This document shows positions 32,401-43,809 of a DNA stretch of 64,000 bases, piece by piece. Source of the stretch: Amphiscolops sp. MND2022 (Eukaryota); the NCBI GenBank assembly GCA_964187785.1, contig OZ076418.1, positions 41,478,001 through 41,542,000 on the forward strand, read 5' to 3'. Below the pieces are notes generated by a model that saw only the letters and a list, made by a program, of their open reading frames with translations, searched no databases and was not told the origin of the DNA. The position numbers and the translations under genes were made by a program. How positions within the stretch are numbered: the stretch's first letter is position 1; the number at the start of each line of letters is the position of its first letter.

Positions 32401-35400
32401 GGACCCTTTGCAGTAAGTTTGCATTGGTCGAACTTGGCCTGAGTGAACTTATCAGTTTCTGTAAAAAGTGGTACATACGCGATGAGCTCTGTGGTCTGAC
32501 GAAAAAAAAAAGAAAAAAAAACTAGCCACTGTAATAGTCGGGCTTTTTTCCTTAAAGGAAAAGGCGCCGACTAAAAACGGAAATACTGCGCTCTATTTGT
32601 TGGTCCCGTTTTCTCAGTTTCGGAGACATCAAGTCAATATTCGGTAAAAAGGCGAGCAATGCTATGTAAAATTGTCTGAAAATCTTATTCACTAGTTTTC
32701 ATTACCATACGGTCAACTGGGGCCTTCAGAATATTGCAGAAAATAACTGCTACGAAATCGTACCGTCGTCCATTTAGGGTTAAATATGAAAGTTGAAGAA
32801 CGTTTCCAGGGTTACAAAAATGATCCAGGGAGGTTTCTTCCCGACCAGTAGTTTTTGAGATATTGCGATAATGAAATTCCAAAATACGTGATACAAATTT
32901 TAAAAATTTGATTCGACTTCAGAACAAAAACTACTGCTATAATTCTGATCAACGTTTCTGTAAATCGAAGACTTTTTTGTAAAATGAATTTAAAAGATAT
33001 TGTACTCTAAAAAGTTTCGTGAGCCATATCGAGTGTCTTCGGCTTTTTGGTATCCGAGTGTACTTAGAAATCGGTGCCATGATGTTAGATGTTGCAGAAT
33101 TGTTCATCAACAAAAAGTGAATAGTTTAATATATCGAATTGAAAACTTGCAAATTTGATCGGGTGTTCATCACATGCAAACTTGAACACCATAGGTTCAT
33201 TTAATGGAGTGAATTATTGCCCAAACAAATTTTAGCGTGTCGACGAAGATGAAAGCATGAAATAACTGTTTTCGTTCGAAGTTATAAATTAACAAAAACA
33301 TTTTGACTAGTTGTCTACTGATGAGCAATATTAATCAGCTGGATGAAAAAATTCACACATGAGCGTCGTAAATATGGATTTAATCGCCTAAAATACCCGA
33401 TCAACATTGCCTTCACAAAATGCATTCGCCCCACGGAAATAGTTATTCTCGCAAGAGCAAATTAAATACAAACCAGGAACGGCTCAAGTCGGGGTCCCAT
33501 TAGAGTGCACAGGCAAGCCTAATTTGCTCAAAGCGCAACATAGTGCTTTCAATATCTCGGATTCCACGACCATACCTTTAACCGTGCAAAATTGGCAAAT
33601 TAAGTCATTTGTCCCGGATTCCACGGATTTAGTCGTGGATTCCAGTAACAAATGCTTAGCTGTACGAACTGTCGGCCCGCTCAAGGTTGCATCAAATTTC
33701 TGTGCCAAAAATACCCCAAAGGTATCAATAAAATTTGAAAACCGCTTTTCCCTCACTCGGAACATCAAAAAAACCCTTTTCAGAAAAAAAATCAGAAGCA
33801 TTTTCTTTATGCCGAAAAACTCACAAGGAGACACTTCAAATCCGCAAAACGCTTTTTCCAAGAATTTTTCAAAAAATAGAAGTGAGTACCCTCTGACCAA
33901 AAAAAATTTTTTCGAAGTCTCAGTGCCGTAAAACTTTAAGGTCCCTCAATGCTCGGAAAACCCTTTGCTACATACGTCTTTCTTCTACCTCTGCAAACAT
34001 AAAATTAAGTTAACCGCTAGACCAAAAGCCCATATAAAAAACCCAATAAAGATTCTCGCACCGCCGACTAAAAAACCCATTTTTATGTATGCTCTAATCA
34101 AGTCTACTTATGAGTGAGGGGTAAAATGACGAAGAGCGATACAAAATCTTGACCTCATTCGATCACGTTCCTTGCATTTGCTGTGTTTCGGACATAAACA
34201 GTATAGCCAAGGTACCACAGCGCCTCTCTCGCTTTCGTGACTAATCTTGCCTCTACAGTTGCGGTAATGTTTAAACATGAAAGGCCGGCAAGAATAGAAC
34301 ACATTGCATTTGAAACACTTATACGCGTCTAATCGTTCTTCTTCCGGGTCACCCTCTTCGCCGTCATCGAAACATCCCAAAAGATCCGCATAATCGTCTC
34401 CGTACCAAATCAACAACTCGAATCCAGGTTTGACGTCTCTCCATGTCACGTAGAAAACTTCCTTATTGATTCTAACAGCTCGTAAATTAGTCCGACTATG
34501 GGCGTCGCCATTGTTAACATAGCGCATCCAGTTTGATCGTTTTTCGTTGCGCGCGTCTATGAAAAGTCCTTCGCCGACATCCCAAGCGTAATCTCCGTCT
34601 CTTGATTCGGGGCTCAAGTCAACATCAGTTCGAAAAACGCCTTCATAGGGTCCAAACATGGTTCCTTTTTTGATTAGACAGTTAGTGTAAACGCCCAGTC
34701 CTGCACCTTTAATTCCACTCCGGCAAACTGCTACCTCTTTCGGACAAGTCAGTTTTGCTCTATCAGTTATACCCATTTCAACCTAAGAAGCTTCACGCTA
34801 AGAATCCGCCCAACCGGTCCTCAAACTAGAGGCAAAATGACTAAAATCCAATCGCAAGCAAAAAAATTGTACTGAAAAGAGCTCTAAACGCTTGGAAATT
34901 CACATCACTAACAACTATTCATCAATTTTGGTAATGAGTTTTATCTATCAACCATATTTTGGAACTCCTGAATTTTCAATTGTTCAAAGTAGAAATGTTG
35001 GAATTTTCAAAAAGGCATTTGAAAGCTAGGCATAGAAATACCTTTCCTAGTTAAGACTACCGATTATTTTGAATTTAAGTATTTGACCAAGTTTTTGTTC
35101 TGAGATTTCCTTTTTTTAAACTTTGTAATATTTTTCTTCCGTGAATATCAGTTGAAAACTGATGAATCAAGCACTGGTTATGGTAAAACAGCGATTAATC
35201 AGTTGACTTTTTATCATGACTATCATGATGTCAAATCATTTAAACAATTTTTCGAATAGTACGATTCCGCCCAAATATTGGCGGGCAGATTTCCAGCACG
35301 ATCGCAACCTCTTTGTCTTTAATCTTGACAATCTCTGGTTTGTGACTTCCACATTTACTGTCCATTGTGAAATCATCACACTCGAGGCAATAAGTAGTTT

Positions 35401-37315
35401 CAACATAACGTTTCTTCTCTTTAACCGGTTCCTCGACGAACTCTTCGAAAAAAGAATAAGGCAGGGCATATTCTCTACATTTCCTCATTGGTCGCTTACT
35501 GGGCTTACTAGGAGTTGTAGGGGTTACTTTTACAGTTGGCGGCTTTTCAGACGGGATGTTAGCTATCCGGACAACTGGTTTCGTTTGAGTGTTACCGCTT
35601 TGTTGTTGTTGTTCACAAGGCAGTGGGGCGCTGTCCCTTTAAATCAATGCATTAAAATAATTTCAACCTTCCGAGAATAGATGGAAGCTCTCTTAGTTGA
35701 ACATTTGATAGATTAACATTATAATAAAATAGACAGAAAAGAAGAATGACTTCGCTTGAAAAATCAAATCAGTCCATATAATAGCAAAAAAATGCAACCT
35801 TGAAAAATTAGTGTGAAATTATCTTTTTGAGTGCATAGCGATTCCAGTATATTCATCTTGCGCTCACTTAGTGCGAAGGACCCATTAGAGAGTTTGGGTA
35901 TCGTTCAGCTGCCATCCTTGGGTTTTTCACCGTTCTATGGATTAATTTTTTCACTGTTTCCTGATCTTCGATCAAGTCCTATGGCCTTATGCTGCCACTT
36001 TGGGCAGAAACTGAACAGCTTGAAAAATAGACGGTTTTGTCAAACGTGAAGCAGAAAAATTCAAGAATAACATAACACTCATTTGTTCCGATTTTTTAAA
36101 GAAATAAATTTACTGCTATCAGTTTGCAGTAATTTTTCCGTGAAGATTGCCTTTTTTGCGTTTAGAAATCACGATGAGGCCTTAGAGAATAGAATGTAAA
36201 ATCATAATGGTATTCTTTTCTTCGCAGCGAATAAATTGACTTCCGGTTGCTTAGGAAAGGAGTCTTTGATAGTTTCAAGCGTCGTTTCGGATCCCCTTTG
36301 AAATCGGCACTCACTTAGGCAACTGTTGATGTATTATTTATTCGTAATATTCTGAAATTAGTCCTCCACTTACCGAGGTTTTCAAATTTATTTTCATGGG
36401 ACCGTTACTGACACTGCAAGGAGGCTCTGCAGTTGGAGCGTATCAACACCTTCCTCACCTTTTTGACAAGGCCCCACTGTAATCTGGGCCATACATACGC
36501 AGACCATTACCTTTTTGGTTTCGATGCGCACGGTCCTCTCAATATATTTTCAAAAAAGTAGAGAAAGGAAGAAAAAAATATTCTGAAGAAATCAATGATA
36601 GCAAGGAACACAAACGAGTGACGAAAAATTAACCTTTATAGTCGCGTTTTTCTTACAAACTTCGTTATGATTTAGATTGACACGCTGGAGAAATGAAGAT
36701 TTTGGAAAATGTGAAATAGAAAATGGCACAAAATTCACTTCAATTTGAAGCTTTTGCGCGAGTTTTGGTGTTTTTGTCGGCTATGCTCGAACCATGTATA
36801 GTTGCTTTTTTACGTTTTTTGTCACAAATTTTGATGGATTTTCAAAATTTTCTAGGCTTCTCAGGTTTAAAAAAGTTGAAACATCTTTAAAAGGACATTC
36901 AAAACGAATATTACTGGGGCAATGACGTTTTTCGTGCCTCAACAATCTCAGCAGGACGTTGCTTAACTTCCTCTGTTTTGGGGCATTCTTTCGATGCTTT
37001 TTCTACAGGATCAAAGATCAGACATGCCAAATCTCCAGCAGGTTTATTGAATTCTTCGACATCAAGCAGCAGATCATAGAACAATGTGATTTGGTTACAA
37101 AGTCTTTGTTTCGCCAGTTTGCATGAAAACGATTTCTCTTCATATTTCGAGCCAAAAAAATGTTTCAAATAATTATCGAGATCTTCTTCAGCGGGGTTGA
37201 AAGACTCGACACTAGAACCAATGTCTTCAGACGGTGGAAGCTTGATTAAAATCTTGACTGATTGAGCTTTCACTTCAATGAAGTTCTCCTTATAAGCGTA
37301 AGTGCATGGAGCCAT
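29495..37315 (-). CDS. PRDM9: PRDM9/PRDM7-like histone methyltransferase with zinc-finger array; 5 exons (37315-36915, 35636-35309, 34782-34154, 31086-30445, 29588-29495), ~697 aa
   Basis: Zinc knuckle YCLECDDFTMDSKCGSH; PR/SET with GAGLGV, FGPYEG, SNWMRYVN, VFYVT, LLIWYGDDY; post-SET C2HC finger; 7 tandem C2H2 fingers. All four splice junctions are phase-compatible (total 2094 nt). Confidence 0.78.
29673..30134. mobile_element. hAT-like MITE in the last PRDM9-like intron
   Basis: Termini CAGGGTTCG / CGAATCCTG, imperfect 8-bp TSD (CATTCGAG vs CACACGAG), and internal TTTAAAACATG repeats. Confidence 0.5.
30445..30960 (-). repeat. 84-bp minisatellite-like C2H2 zinc-finger array
   Basis: Near-identical HTGEKPYACSYCDAKF units at the DNA level; variation is concentrated in the recognition helix. 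Confidence 0.95.
31993..32574 (+). mobile_element. Helentron/HINE-like dispersed repeat, copy 3 (PRDM9-like intron 3)
   Basis: Same 5' end as 7810. 3' hairpin AGTCGGGCTTTTTTCCTTAAAGGAAAAGGCGCCGACT. Confidence 0.55.
33471..34072 (+). mobile_element. Diverged member of the same dispersed-repeat family
   Basis: AAACCAGGAACGGCTCAAGTCGGGG 5' end, CCGCCGACTAAAA 3' end, and shared internal GTGCCG/GAAAAACTC motifs. Confidence 0.4.
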
Positions 37316-37917
37316 GTTAGCTTATATAACTTGATTTTAGATGTATAAACGCTGAAAAACATCGAACTTATTACAACCGATTGTCGAATATTATTGGATA
37401 TAAGTTTAAAGGTATCCTAAAACTAGAAACGCACAGTAATCTACGATATGAAGAACCATCAACAGGAGAATTTTTTCAACACAACGGAAAGTCAAAAGTA
37501 CAATCAAGATACAAAATTTTGAGTTTTTCCATTTGAGGTTATTGACAGGCCGATATTTGTTCAGGCTGACGCTCAGGCCGACATGTTCTGTCGATAAAAC
37601 GAACCCATATCTAATTTTCAAAACTACAGATCCAAAAATGCAACTTGAGACACAGTCCCAGATGACTGAAAAATATAAAAGCTTGTCTTTCCAAGAGATA
37701 ACTGACAAAATTATTCCACACATTGACATATTCAGCGATTTTGAGCCTGAGCTACATAACGAGGTAATCTAAAAGATGATGCGAAAAATCGAATGCCTAA
37801 AAATGAAAAAAAAATTGCAAAAAAATCAAAACATCTATGAAACGAATGACAAGACAGCGGAATCTAAGAAAAAAACTTTAAGCTAAAGGAATCCACATTA
37901 CGATACATATGCCGCAA

Positions 37918-37943
37918 CGAACTAGCAAGATCTTGCTAGTTCG
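37918..37943. other. Perfect 26-bp palindrome
   Basis: CGAACTAGCAAGATCTTGCTAGTTCG is its own reverse complement. Confidence 0.95.
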
Positions 37944-38147
37944 ATTAACAGCCAATGAAAAACGCGTTATTATTCTAAATACATGGCATGATCATTCTAA
38001 AAGATGTTTGTATAAACGAGATATAATAAGAACTATCTAAGCTTTGGTGACTTTCAAACTCAGCATAACGATTGGAATAAAAGTGTTTTTCAATCTAACA
38101 ACTTTATTTGACTCTATCTAAGCAAGCAGCCAACAACCATCATCAAT

Positions 38148-41100
38148 CTAACGAAGTTTACGATACAATCTTTCCAGATCTTTGGCCAGACTTCTTTTAA
38201 GGATGCTGGAAGCTGTCATGAGCCCAGAATTCATAGCCGGCGAGTTGCCACAGAACCAGATGTCTTGTCCTGTTGAGTGATGTCCAGTTTAACAAGTGAC
38301 TCAGCCCATCAATAATTTAATGAAAATGAGTTTTATTCGGTACCCACTAAAAGCACAAAAACGCAGTCTTTCAATTTTGTTTGAAACATGTTGAAAAAGT
38401 TTGACCGACTTCAAAAATCGAATACAGAAACCGGGCTTCATAAAAACGTAAAAAAATTAAAGGGGACCATTCGGGTTGTTTTCGCTTCCCATGGTTGCAA
38501 GCCATGGAGCTGCTCAAATAAGAATCCTTTTGAAATTTTAAAGAAGACGCCCGCTGACCACTTTTCGCCCTAAACTGTTCTATAAACACTGTTCTATAAA
38601 TTTGAGGCTCAATAGTAGCCAATGCACTATGAAAATGCAAAAAGTTCGAAGGAAAGAAAGTTTTGATTCAACTTAGCCCATTTTTAAAGGAAAGACCTAA
38701 TTTATAAAGACGCCGAGTACCTTATGGTTTTGTTGTTGAACTATGTTGATACCAATACCTAACACCAAATTTTTAGTCGGCGCTTTTCTAAAGAGCAACT
38801 ATTGTCATGGCTTTTCGTCAGCTTTTTCGATACACCACCTGATCTGTCCAAAATGGTTCTACTTCCCAGGTATCACCACACTACCACTTGCCTAGTGGTT
38901 AACGCGAATTTCTTGGTTAACGCAATTTTTAGTTTTTTGAGGATTTCCGTGAAGGAAACATGTTTCCCGAGAGATTTGAGGTTACTTTTTGATTCTGTGG
39001 AACTGATGAGTTTTCTTATTGATTGTTGAAAATACCTTTTCGCAGCTTTTTTGGCTCTGTGTTTCTATCGGAAACTTTCATTTGGTCGAACTCCCGTTTT
39101 CATAGCTGACTTCGGCTCGAGAAAATTTTAAAATTTTTGCTAGCTGAAATCTTATTCAGCACTAAGGGACTTTCCCGAAATAAAAACAATTTCCGAGTCT
39201 CAGGCGTATTTCTTGGGGTACTTTTGTAAGAAGTAGGTAAGAGTTTGAAAACAATGACCATAGCATATTTGAGAAATTTGAGCTGGTCGCCGACTTTTGC
39301 CGGTCCCGGCATGTTATATTTTTGCCCATAAAGTCACCAAAAATGTTAAACACTAGAAAATTTTGAATTTTTCGACAACTTTGGGGTCATTTTAGGAATT
39401 TTTCAAACAAAAAACAACAGATGTCTCTTCTAAAAAGCCTACTGAGTACCGAGTTCAGTCGCTGTTGAATGTTTATATTCCAACATAACAAAAACTGCAA
39501 AGAAAGCAAGTATTGATTTTTGGGTTATTCTAAGATTTTCTCCCTACGTGGGAAACTGCAAAAACATTTTCTTTTGGAAGACGTACTACATCGCTGGTGT
39601 TTTTCCTTGGAGCTCGTTGAATATCAAATATTTGACAAAAAGTGTCAAAAAGAACTTAACGTTTTCGAAATAATTTTTTCGAAATTCTGCAAAAATGTTT
39701 GTCTCAAATTTTTGGAACCCCACCGGTTGCTTCCCGTTTTAATTATCAGCCTTCGGATTATCTAGTTAATGACCACATTTGGAAAGGGTCCAAAATTGGG
39801 AGTATGTCTACAAAAACATTCACGGATTGAACAAAAAAATCAGGCTTTTGAATTTTGAGGTTTTTGAGATCAACTCTAAGAAATTGCTGTTATTTCTTCA
39901 AAAATTCCTGTTGGACATCCGGCATCAGTCCTTGCTGGGTTTATAAACCACTAAATGCAATGAAAATTCTCGAAAATGAAAAAACTGCAAAAAAAATAGT
40001 CGAAAACTTGAAAGTTCAGAGTTTTCGCTTACGTTGGGTCTATCTTATCTAACTTTCCATCATAAAAAGTACAAAAGCGTGCTACGTGTCTAGTTATTGT
40101 ATGTTCCTTCTCGAAGCTTTTTATCTTGCTTAAAGGTTCTAATCTCAAATTAAAAAATTACAGAAAATGTCAACAATGGCCAAAAACTTTCCTATATTTG
40201 CGACTTTTTGCTGTCCATTTTGAGGCTTTTTGCAACAGAAGTCAGCAAATATGTCTTCAAACACCTATTGAATACCGCGTTCAAACGCTGTTGAACGTTT
40301 TCATTATTCTGACTCTAAACCATTTAAAAGTACACACAAGTTGCATATAAACGTGAAGATGTTGAAATTTTTCCGAAATTCCAGTCGGAGTCATTCTGAA
40401 CTTTTGAACACATAAAATCTCTCGGGAATTGGACAGAATTGCATGAACAACTAATTTGAAAATTTTTGACTTTTCGACATCCTCTCGATCAATTTGAAGC
40501 ATTTTTCGATGATGAGTTGTATTTGTCTTCTGACAAAACCCTACTGGACAACGAACTCTTCCCTTGTTTCGCAGTTTCCACATTCTGGTCCATCGAGTCT
40601 ATCGATAATTCGAAAAAATTGAATAAAATAGTGAATAGGAAACCTCGGAATTTTTATATTTTCGGTGTCAATTTGAGACAATTTTCATTCAAGAAACTGC
40701 ATTTATCTCTCCACCAAGCCTACGGGGCAACAAATTTAACCCTTGTTGATCTTTTCTTGATTTGGCAAAATTTGAAAAAACGCATCACAGATCATGATTT
40801 TCATCCCCCAAATTTATTTGTGGGGTCGTAAAATAATAAAAAACGAGTTCTTGTCTTGTTTACCGTTTTATTCTAACTCAAGAAGTCTTTCGAAAATTTG
40901 ACAAAAATTGCAAGAAATTGTAAAAAACCAATATTTTGATATTTTTGTTCATTTCGGTCTCAATGTGAGGCATTTTTCGTACAATAACCCGCCTTTTTAC
41001 TACGAAGACGCCTCCTGGACAACGAATTCTTTCTTTGTTGAACGTTTTCAACATACTTAGCCATCAAGTCTATCGAAAATTTGATAGAAATTGCTCAAAA

Positions 41101-43809
41101 ACGCTAGAAATTGGAAAATTTTGAAAATTTTAACATTTTTGGTTATTCGGGGGTCCTTGGGGCAATCACAAAGTCCAAAAATCTCTACAAATACACATCA
41201 CACGGAGCCAAATTTATGTGAGTTGAATTCTATGGCTGACATCCTTGAATTTGAATATAAATTCAGTGCTTGGCAAATTTTGTAAAATTTGATTTGAATA
41301 TTTTCCTTTACGATATGGAATATGGGCGGAAAATAAAAATCCCACTATAGTCGCTAAGGAATGTTTATGTGACAGATCATCCCCAAAGACTCCAATAAAA
41401 GAATAGGATAAAACTCCCAAAAAAGACTCCATTCCATCTATCATGTCTTAATGTCAAAAAATACAACAAACTGAAATGTTGGAACGTTTTTAAAACACCT
41501 GGATGTAGCCCGCACGTAGCGTCGTGGATATCAGTTCGCGTTGCAGAAACTCTTTTGCAAAACAGAATCTTTGCAGCAAAAAACCACAGCCTAAAAATTT
41601 TAACGAATCGAGAATTGCACAAAACTGGTGCAAGATCTACAAATCAGCTTTTGACTCTGTTCGAATGAAAAACGATTTTGTCATACCAACCAAAGAATTA
41701 TCACAAAATATTTCTGCAGTTTTTCGACTAAGGTAGCTACAAAATGAAACAAAACTTCGCAAAAAATGAAGCAAGACTTTTTTGGCTGGGATCATTTCCA
41801 AAAAAAAAAGAAAATACTTTCGAAAAACATCAAAAATAGATACCTTTGCCAATTTGGGACTATCATTTGTGAATTTGAGGTGAAATTCGTGTAAAACCAA
41901 CGTGAAACTTTTTAATGGTTATAAGCGTTATTTTTATACGCCCGTAACAAACCAACTAATCATTGTTGTTGGGGATTTTCGGCAGCGCCGAAGGGATTCT
42001 TTCCCACTATTGAAATTATGACTGGTGAAATTAGCCAAAAACAGCACCTAGTTTTTACCTTAAATGGTTTGTCGAAGAAATCTCCGAAATGACTGCAATG
42101 GACATCACTCGCCTGTTAAAAACAAGTTCGAGATCTCTGTTTGAGGTCGACATTTGATGACGAAGTCTAGATCAAACCTGCTCGAGCTGTGATTTATTCC
42201 AGAAATTTGACCCTGATAAGTTTTTAAGTAGAAACTATGTGTAACTGGTGTCCCCACAACAAGTAATTCTCGTTTGTCTTCCAGTTGTGGGAATGTTTCC
42301 ACTATACGATCCCAAATTTTAACAGAAAACTTGTCCTTCAAAGCTTCGTATTTATCATCTTGTTTTCTTTCAGGACAGTCATCCCAAAGTCGAAACCATC
42401 GATAGGGCACAAAAGTTACTGCTATACAAGTGGCAGGAACATCCTGATGAATGAAACTGTAATTCGGGTCCTTTGCACAGGGAAAGGTTACATAAAGAAT
42501 AGGAACTCCAAAGTTTTCAATAGCTGTGAAAGGATCCGGTTCCGAAACCCACTTCGTGAACAACTCGCTGTAATCAAGACCATCGTACAACCAGGTGTTT
42601 CTCGCAGGAAGTTTCAGATTTGCCTTAGTATCTGATAAACCAATGAAAACATTGAAAAAACTTATACCGGGTTCACTTCTGTTCAACAGCCAATTAGCTT
42701 CCGGGCAATATTGGTCTACAATGTGCCTTGGAATCAAGTTTCGGTAAGTGTTAAAAAGGCCAACTCCAGAGATAACAGTATCAGCCAGAAATTGAATAGA
42801 AGCACTTGGACCACATCTGACAAGAACACCATATGCTTGCATTTTGTTATTATTCAGTCTTCGAATCAAAATTTCATTAGCACAGGCTTTGGTGTAGAAA
42901 TTGCCGCCATTCTTCAAGATCGTTTTGTTCAAGTAATACGCTATGGATGATGGTCCGTTAACAGGGTAGTAAGTTCCACTAGAGATCAATCGACCCAAAG
43001 TTGACGCCACTGCAAAAACTGGGCATCTATTGGGCGGTGTTGCTATATAACCCCAAGAAGAAAGAAAACAGGCTCGAAGTTCTTCATTTTCGGTTATTTC
43101 TTCCACCAGATCTACAGCTGGTTTTGTTAAAAAATCAGTCCACCGACGAAAATACTTCAAACGGGACACTTTTTTCAACACAGTAGCTAACCAGCGCGGT
43201 GATAACTTCAACAAGGTAAGAAACACATTCAAACTCAAACACTTCTTGATGATTGTAATGAATTCATCAATTGCCACTTCTTCATCTGGAAAATTTCGCA
43301 GCATCATCGCTTTCCATCCCTCAAAGGTACTTTCCATAATGATTTTCATTTCATTCTTTTTCTTTCCGCCCTTCCTGAGAACGATCTCATCGAACTGATC
43401 GTCTAATTTACGCCAGCACAACTGTCCTTCACATAATTGTTCCAAAAGCTTGAAATTCATACTTTCAGCATCGAGTTCCGAAGCAAAATGGAACCCAGTG
43501 TCGAACTCGAAGTTGCCTTCTTTGAAAGTATGACAACCTCCGCCTAACTTGGCATGTTGCTCCAACACCAACACTTTTTTCCCTATAGAAAGTAGCTTTT
43601 ACGGAAAAGTAGAATTGTCAACGGAAAAGCAAGCAAATTCCGAATGAACCTGATTTTGCCAAAATAGCACTGGCAATGAGTGACGAGACACCACTACCAA
43701 TACAAATGACATCATAGCTGCGACAGAAGTCTGATTCCAACTCTGATGGTTCTAAGTGGTTCCTCAAGACTTTTCTCCGACTTCTCGGGACACGCGAAGG
43801 AGTGGCCAT
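38148..43809 (-). CDS. RETSAT: RETSAT-like oxidoreductase copy B; exons 43809-43650, 43582-42113, 38269-38148; 583 aa
   Basis: Rossmann GSGVSSL and FDTGFH motifs. Exon 2 ends NLFLT-G at a GC donor (G|GCGAGT). The exon at 38269 supplies GQDIWFCGNSPAMNSGLMTASSILKRSL..., the RETSAT-type C-terminus, in the correct phase. Confidence 0.85.

Noticed and set aside
33484-33931. Overlapping 135/138-aa ORFs
   Set aside because: Inside a non-coding dispersed repeat; low-complexity K/F-rich translation.
36150-36300. YSLRRK resembling the PRDM9 SSXRD motif
   Set aside because: Lies in modelled intron 1 without convincing phase-compatible splice sites.
37533-37772. 79-aa plus-strand ORF divergent from the PRDM9-like gene
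   Set aside because: No motif, TTG start and no partner exons identified.
42105-42113. TGA after LFLTGE as selenocysteine, readthrough or nonsense mutation
   Set aside because: Explained by a GC donor spliced to the GQDIW exon at 38269.
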